DNA of 64,000 bases, from positions 2,816,001 to 2,880,000 of the forward strand of contig OY761158.1 of the NCBI GenBank assembly GCA_963664405.1, read 5' to 3'. Both the position numbers and the translations under genes were made by a program. Every line of letters starts with the position of its first letter. Position 1 is the first letter of the stretch. Positions 59,556 to 64,000 of this stretch are shown in pieces. The notes below the pieces were generated by a model. The model was not told where the DNA came from and did no database searches. It was given only the letters and a program-made list of their open reading frames with translations. This stretch comes from Thermoanaerobaculia bacterium (lineage in GTDB: Bacteria; Acidobacteriota; Thermoanaerobaculia; Multivoradales; Multivoraceae).

Positions 59556-60346
59556 ACACTCCCGAGTACCGAGTCATGGCGGAGGTCGAGGACGACCACT
59601 GGTGGTACGTGGGCCTGCGAGATCTGTTGCGGCGTCTACTGGCGGCTGAGAAGTATGGTGTCGGTGACGGGCCGAAAGTGCTCGATGCAGGGTGCGGGAC
59701 CGGAGCTACGCTGCGGCTCTTGTCCGAGATCCTCGACCCTACCTACTTGGGAGGCTTCGACACCTCGCCCGACGCTCTGGCGCTGGCTCAGGTCAAGGCT
59801 CCGGGAGCCGACATCTACTGTGGCGACATTCGAGAGCCGGAGATCAAGGTAGATTCGCTCGATCTCATTACTTCTCTCGACGTGCTCTATATCCCCGGAC
59901 TCGCCGCCTCGGAGCCCGGGTTTCGGAAGCTCGTAGACCGGCTCCGGGTCGGGGGGCTGGTTATTTTGAACGTCCCAGCATTCGACTGGCTGCGTAGCAC
60001 GCATGACCTCGCTCTCCACACCTCGCAGCGGTTCACCGCCCGCGAGCTGCGGGGTTTCTTCGACAGACTCGGTCTCAGGACCGAGCTTCTCAGCTATCGA
60101 TTATTCTTTCTCTTCCCCGCGGTCCTGGCGGTACGGCTGCCACAGCGGCTCGTACAGCGCCCCGCCAAAGCGGAGTCGGCACGATCAGAGCTCAACTGGC
60201 AGCTACCTCGCGCGCTGAATTCGGCGCTCCTCGCGGTGCAGCATGCTGAGAACCGATTGATCTCAAAAGGGGCCAGGCTACCTTGGGGCACTTCGGTCTT
60301 CGCCGTGGGTCGGAAGACGGGCAGTGGAGCTGGCGCGTCCTCGTGA
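59552..60346 (+). CDS. class I SAM-dependent methyltransferase
   Basis: [30 protein letters not shown]. Confidence 0.9.
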   Translation: MNTPEYRVMAEVEDDHWWYVGLRDLLRRLLAAEKYGVGDGPKVLDAGCGTGATLRLLSEILDPTYLGGFDTSPDALALAQVKAPGADIYCGDIREPEIKVDSLDLITSLDVLYIPGLAASEPGFRKLVDRLRVGGLVILNVPAFDWLRSTHDLALHTSQRFTARELRGFFDRLGLRTELLSYRLFFLFPAVLAVRLPQRLVQRPAKAESARSELNWQLPRALNSALLAVQHAENRLISKGARLPWGTSVFAVGRKTGSGAGASS

Positions 60347-61836
60347 GACTCCCCCCTGCAAAGCGGATCGAGGCCGCCCTGACCGATCGGCGCGTTTTCC
60401 TGGTGATGGCACTCTTGATCTTGGTGAGCAAGTGGCCGGTGCTCGACCAGCCACCGGTTTGGGACTCGTCGATGAGCGTTTTCCCCGCCGCCATCACACT
60501 CGCCCATAACGGTCTCGATCTGGCTGCGTTGCTTCGTGAGCCTGGCTATTTTCTGGGTGGTCCCACCCAGCACTCGCTGTCGCTGGTGACCTGGCTGACG
60601 GCGTTGGCCTATCGCTCGCTCGGCGATCGCCCACAGGTGGTTCTTCCCGTCCTCCACCTGCTGCACTTCGCGATCGGGGCGCTGGCCATGACCGCTCTAT
60701 GGCGCATCGGCCGAGCTCTGCTCGGAGCGCTTCCGGCCCTGGCCGTAGTCGGGGCCATGTTCCTGTTCCCGCCGCTCTTCGTTCAGCTCGGCTATATGTA
60801 TCTGGAGATGCCGGTACTGGCGTCTACTGCGTTGGCTGTCGAGGCCTGGATTAGAGGCAAGAACGGCAAGGCCGCGATCTGGGCGACGATGGCTTCGTTG
60901 GTCAAGCCGACGGGAGCCATTGTCGCCGGCGCTTTGGCTCTCGCGAGCCTGCTGAGCGGGGGGCCGTGGCGGAGCAGGTTCTCGAAGGCCGGAGTCTTGC
61001 TGAGTGGACCTCTGGCTGCCGCGCTCCTGACTTTCGCTCTCAAGCCGGCGGGAATACCCGGCTTTGGACGGCTGCGAACGACGGTGATCTATATAACATC
61101 GGTCCCCGATCTCGCCGTGCTCCTCGTGCTCTTCCTGCTTCTTTCCGCCTTATGGCGGCCGTGGCGAGGGGAAGGACCCGCTGCCAGGGCGCAGCTCGCG
61201 TTCGCATCGCTCTTCGTCACTTTCTTCACCTTCTTTTCGCTGCTTGTCCCCCTGGGCCGGTCGGTCCCGATCCTTCCGCGTTACTACATACTGATCTTCC
61301 CCTTCGTCTGGCTCGGGCTCGCAGCCATGCTGCAACCCCGAATTTCTCCGCGCTTGTCGGCCGTGCTTCTAGCGGTGCTGGCGGCTTTCTTCCTCACCAA
61401 TTTGTCGGGGCGCCTGTATCCCAACAACACGATCAACAACTTCGCAATCATCGAGCGGTCGATGGCCTATCGCGATCTGCTCGAGCTACAGAGCCGAGGG
61501 GCAGAGGAGCTGAGTGCACGCTCAGTTGAGGCGCCTGTCTTCTTCGATCTACCTCTGCACTTCAAGCTCGAGTACCCGGAGATGGGCTACAAGGCGACCC
61601 GTCCCGTCAACGGGTACTGTCTACTCAATCAGCCTCCCTACCAGGGGGGGCGCTTGGAGGACTTTCCCGACGCCTTCTTCTTGCTGCACGAATATCCGTG
61701 GTTGGGGGGAGAGATCGCCGGCAGGGTTGCCGGGCAGGCGATGTCGGATCCGTCGCGGATTGTGCAATTCGACCAGCTGCAAGCCGGCGAGTTCACTAGC
61801 GGCTTGATCGGCGTGCGCACGCGGCAGCGAGAGTAG
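60343..61836 (+). CDS. GT-C (ArnT/PMT-like) membrane glycosyltransferase
   Basis: PVWD loop after TM1, YLEMP, LVK, PRYY; many TM helices; GTGA overlap. Confidence 0.6.
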   Translation: MRLPPAKRIEAALTDRRVFLVMALLILVSKWPVLDQPPVWDSSMSVFPAAITLAHNGLDLAALLREPGYFLGGPTQHSLSLVTWLTALAYRSLGDRPQVVLPVLHLLHFAIGALAMTALWRIGRALLGALPALAVVGAMFLFPPLFVQLGYMYLEMPVLASTALAVEAWIRGKNGKAAIWATMASLVKPTGAIVAGALALASLLSGGPWRSRFSKAGVLLSGPLAAALLTFALKPAGIPGFGRLRTTVIYITSVPDLAVLLVLFLLLSALWRPWRGEGPAARAQLAFASLFVTFFTFFSLLVPLGRSVPILPRYYILIFPFVWLGLAAMLQPRISPRLSAVLLAVLAAFFLTNLSGRLYPNNTINNFAIIERSMAYRDLLELQSRGAEELSARSVEAPVFFDLPLHFKLEYPEMGYKATRPVNGYCLLNQPPYQGGRLEDFPDAFFLLHEYPWLGGEIAGRVAGQAMSDPSRIVQFDQLQAGEFTSGLIGVRTRQRE

Positions 61837-61862
61837 TTCGCCGAAAGCTCCGACCTCGCCGC

Positions 61863-62780
61863 TTACCGTACGCCGGCTTCGCTCATCACCGATTCGCACT
61901 TTCCGCGGATCTCGGAGGCGATCTCGAAGGGGTCGGCCTCGACGATGTCTTTGCGGAAGAGCTCGACCGAAAGCGGCCCTCTGTAGTCTTTCTCCGCCAG
62001 CTTCTGAAGGATGCGCACCACCGGTGCGATGCCGTCGCCGGGTATCAACCTCGAGTCGTTATCGATCAGCTCGCGCGGGGTATCGAGAATGTCTTGAAAG
62101 TGGACGTGGCCAAGCTCGCCGGGCTCGAGCAGGTCGAGATCCTCGAACTTACTGGTTCCGGCCCAGAAGTGGAAGAAGTCGAGCATCGGCCGTACGTTCG
62201 GATGCGCGGCCTCTCGGATCATCGCCAGCGCCGTCGTCAGCGTCGCCAGGTGGGTTGATTTCCAGGTGAACTCGATCATCGCGGTCAGCCCATGCTCTCC
62301 GGCGATCTCGCCCGCCTCCCGAATGCAATCGGGAGTCGCCGCGTAGTCTTCCAGGGTGATCTCGCGGCTTGTTACCGACGGCGTGTAGATCTTCTCCAGA
62401 CCGAGGCTCGCGTACTGAGCGCAGCGGCGACGCCAGGTCTCGAGCCTCTCTTTTCGCTCTTCACTCGGAAGCCAAAGGTCGCGCACCATGGCGGCGCCGC
62501 AGACCGGCTTGATGCCGAGGTCGCCGAAGAGAGTGCTGGCGCTGTCCAACGTCTCACTCTCGAGGAACTCGTCGAGTAGACGGCCGTTCAACTCGGCGTA
62601 ACGGATACCGGCCTTCGCCCATCCCTCCAAGGACCCTCGAAATCCGGCCGCCCGCGACGTGTTCTGGTGGATGCTAAGAAGCATGTTCTCAGACTCCTCT
62701 GTTAGTGCCGCCTGCCCAGGTGCGAGGCGTACCAGCGGTGCTAGCATCGAGCCGAGCACGAAAGTTCTTCGAGTAGGCAC
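61863..62780 (-). CDS. sugar phosphate isomerase/epimerase (xylose isomerase-like TIM barrel), Tat signal
   Basis: TRRTF, IEF, LDFFHF, HVHFQD, RLIPGDG, LSVELF. Confidence 0.85.
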   Translation of the reverse strand: MPTRRTFVLGSMLAPLVRLAPGQAALTEESENMLLSIHQNTSRAAGFRGSLEGWAKAGIRYAELNGRLLDEFLESETLDSASTLFGDLGIKPVCGAAMVRDLWLPSEERKERLETWRRRCAQYASLGLEKIYTPSVTSREITLEDYAATPDCIREAGEIAGEHGLTAMIEFTWKSTHLATLTTALAMIREAAHPNVRPMLDFFHFWAGTSKFEDLDLLEPGELGHVHFQDILDTPRELIDNDSRLIPGDGIAPVVRILQKLAEKDYRGPLSVELFRKDIVEADPFEIASEIRGKCESVMSEAGVR

Positions 62781-62897
62781 GATTTGTAGAGCTGCTTGCC
62801 TGCGCGGCTGGCGTCGGGCGCCGTCGCGGCGCCTTGTTATCCAGCCAGCAGAAACGATAGCACTCGTGTCGGTGAGCTCTTTCGGAGGTGACGAACA

Positions 62898-63695
62898 ATG
62901 AAGCAGGCTCCTATCTTACTAGCGTTGATCATCGCTCTGCCAGTCCAGGCACAGCTCGCGGCGCCGAACGCTGCGGGTGTGACGTTCGGACACGTGCACC
63001 TCAACGTTGCCGACATCGAGCTCCATAAGAGAATCTGGGTCGAGCACTTCGACGGAATCCTGGTCCAGAAGGGGCCACTGACGACTGTGAAATTGCCCGG
63101 TTTTCTGCTCGTCCTCACTGAGCGGGAATCGACAGGTAGCTCGCAGGGGACGGTCATGGACCACTTTGGGTTCAAGGTTCGCGATATCGAAGCGGTGCAT
63201 GCGGCCTGGCGCGAAGCAGGTTTCGAGGTCCAGAGCGAATTTACCGGCGCCGAGGGCTTCGCCAACTCTTATCTCCTTGCACCGGACGGTGTGAGATTGG
63301 AGCTGCAGGAAGACCCGAGCCTCCCCGAGAGCGTGATCGGCTACCACATCCATTTTTGGACTGACGATTTTCGGGACCTTCTCGATTGGTACGTCGACAC
63401 CTTCTCGGCGGTGAAGCGCAAGCGCGGCACGATCGAGACGACGGCGGATGTCCCAGGCATGAACATGAGCTTCGCGAGGTGCCGGACCGAGTGCGCGCCG
63501 ACGCAGGGCCGGGCGATCGATCACATTGGATTCGAAGTAGACGATCTCGACGCCTTCGCGAAAGTGCTCGGGCAGCGAGGCGTCGAGCTCGAGTTCCCAC
63601 CTCGCTCAATCGAGAGCATCGGGCTCAAAATCGCGTTCTTCACCGACCCATCCGGTGTGCGTGTCGAGTTGACGGAAGGGCTCGATCTCTACTGA
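62898..63695 (+). CDS. VOC (glyoxalase-like) family exported protein
   Basis: GHVHLNV, DHFGF.V, PDGVRLEL, DHIGFEV, DPSGVRVELTEGL; signal peptide; GGAGG RBS. Confidence 0.88.
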   Translation: MKQAPILLALIIALPVQAQLAAPNAAGVTFGHVHLNVADIELHKRIWVEHFDGILVQKGPLTTVKLPGFLLVLTERESTGSSQGTVMDHFGFKVRDIEAVHAAWREAGFEVQSEFTGAEGFANSYLLAPDGVRLELQEDPSLPESVIGYHIHFWTDDFRDLLDWYVDTFSAVKRKRGTIETTADVPGMNMSFARCRTECAPTQGRAIDHIGFEVDDLDAFAKVLGQRGVELEFPPRSIESIGLKIAFFTDPSGVRVELTEGLDLY

Positions 63696-63721
63696 CCCGG
63701 ATGGGACTGTGAGTCGAAGCC

Positions 63722-64000
63722 ATGCCGTCCGGGCAACACCTTCCACGCTTCTTTACCAGAAGAGGTGTGCACATTCTCGGTCTTGCCCTGGCCGTAGCGC
63801 TGGCATACGGCAACATCCTGTCCAACACCTTCGTGTGGGACGATCGAGACTACCTGGTCAATTGGCAGTCCGTTAAGTCGCTCGACCATATCGGCGAGCT
63901 CCTCGGCGGCGACAATCCTCACGCTGGAAGCTATCGGCCGCTGACCAGCATCTACTACGCACTCTCCGTCACCGCCTACGGAGACAACGTTTTCGGCTAC
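63722..64000 (+). CDS. TMTC-like GT-C membrane protein (5' part; runs off window)
   Basis: Translated by hand: AYGNILSNTFVWDD...YRPLT..YAL....YG.NVFGY. Confidence 0.72.
   Translation, partial: MPSGQHLPRFFTRRGVHILGLALAVALAYGNILSNTFVWDDRDYLVNWQSVKSLDHIGELLGGDNPHAGSYRPLTSIYYALSVTAYGDNVFGY

Noticed and set aside
62781-62897. Possible fourth hairpin element (CAAGGCGC on the minus strand)
   Set aside because: No terminal inverted repeats and the rest of the core is absent.

Overview
GC-rich bacterial chromosome segment; gene content and the atpF'-atpF-atpH-atpA-atpG-atpD order without atpB/atpE suggest Acidobacteriota (inference). In order: part of the ATP synthase operon; cell-envelope genes (mpl, amidase-GerMN-rph); a DUF2723/TMEM260-like GT-C, a TPR protein and a His-motif membrane protein; mqnB; a DEAD-box helicase; a surface-polysaccharide locus with a near-identical GT4 duplication; a CusCBA-type metal-efflux operon; assorted exported enzymes; recQ; an Arn/Gtr-like glycosylation cluster; and a partial TMTC-like GT-C. 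Two non-obvious signals stand out. (1) Three dispersed ~167-bp intergenic hairpin elements (10110, 38618, 50679) have divergent self-complementary arms but share a covarying 54-nt core, and no transposase is present in the window. (2) A Cys-rich, signal-peptide-bearing leader ORF is followed immediately by a hairpin that occludes the tolC Shine-Dalgarno, which looks like a CruR/CutF-style metal-sensing translational switch but lacks the RAPP motif. I saw no tRNA, rRNA, CRISPR array or transposase. All calls are by eye, without database searches, and start codons were often adjusted from the ORF track.
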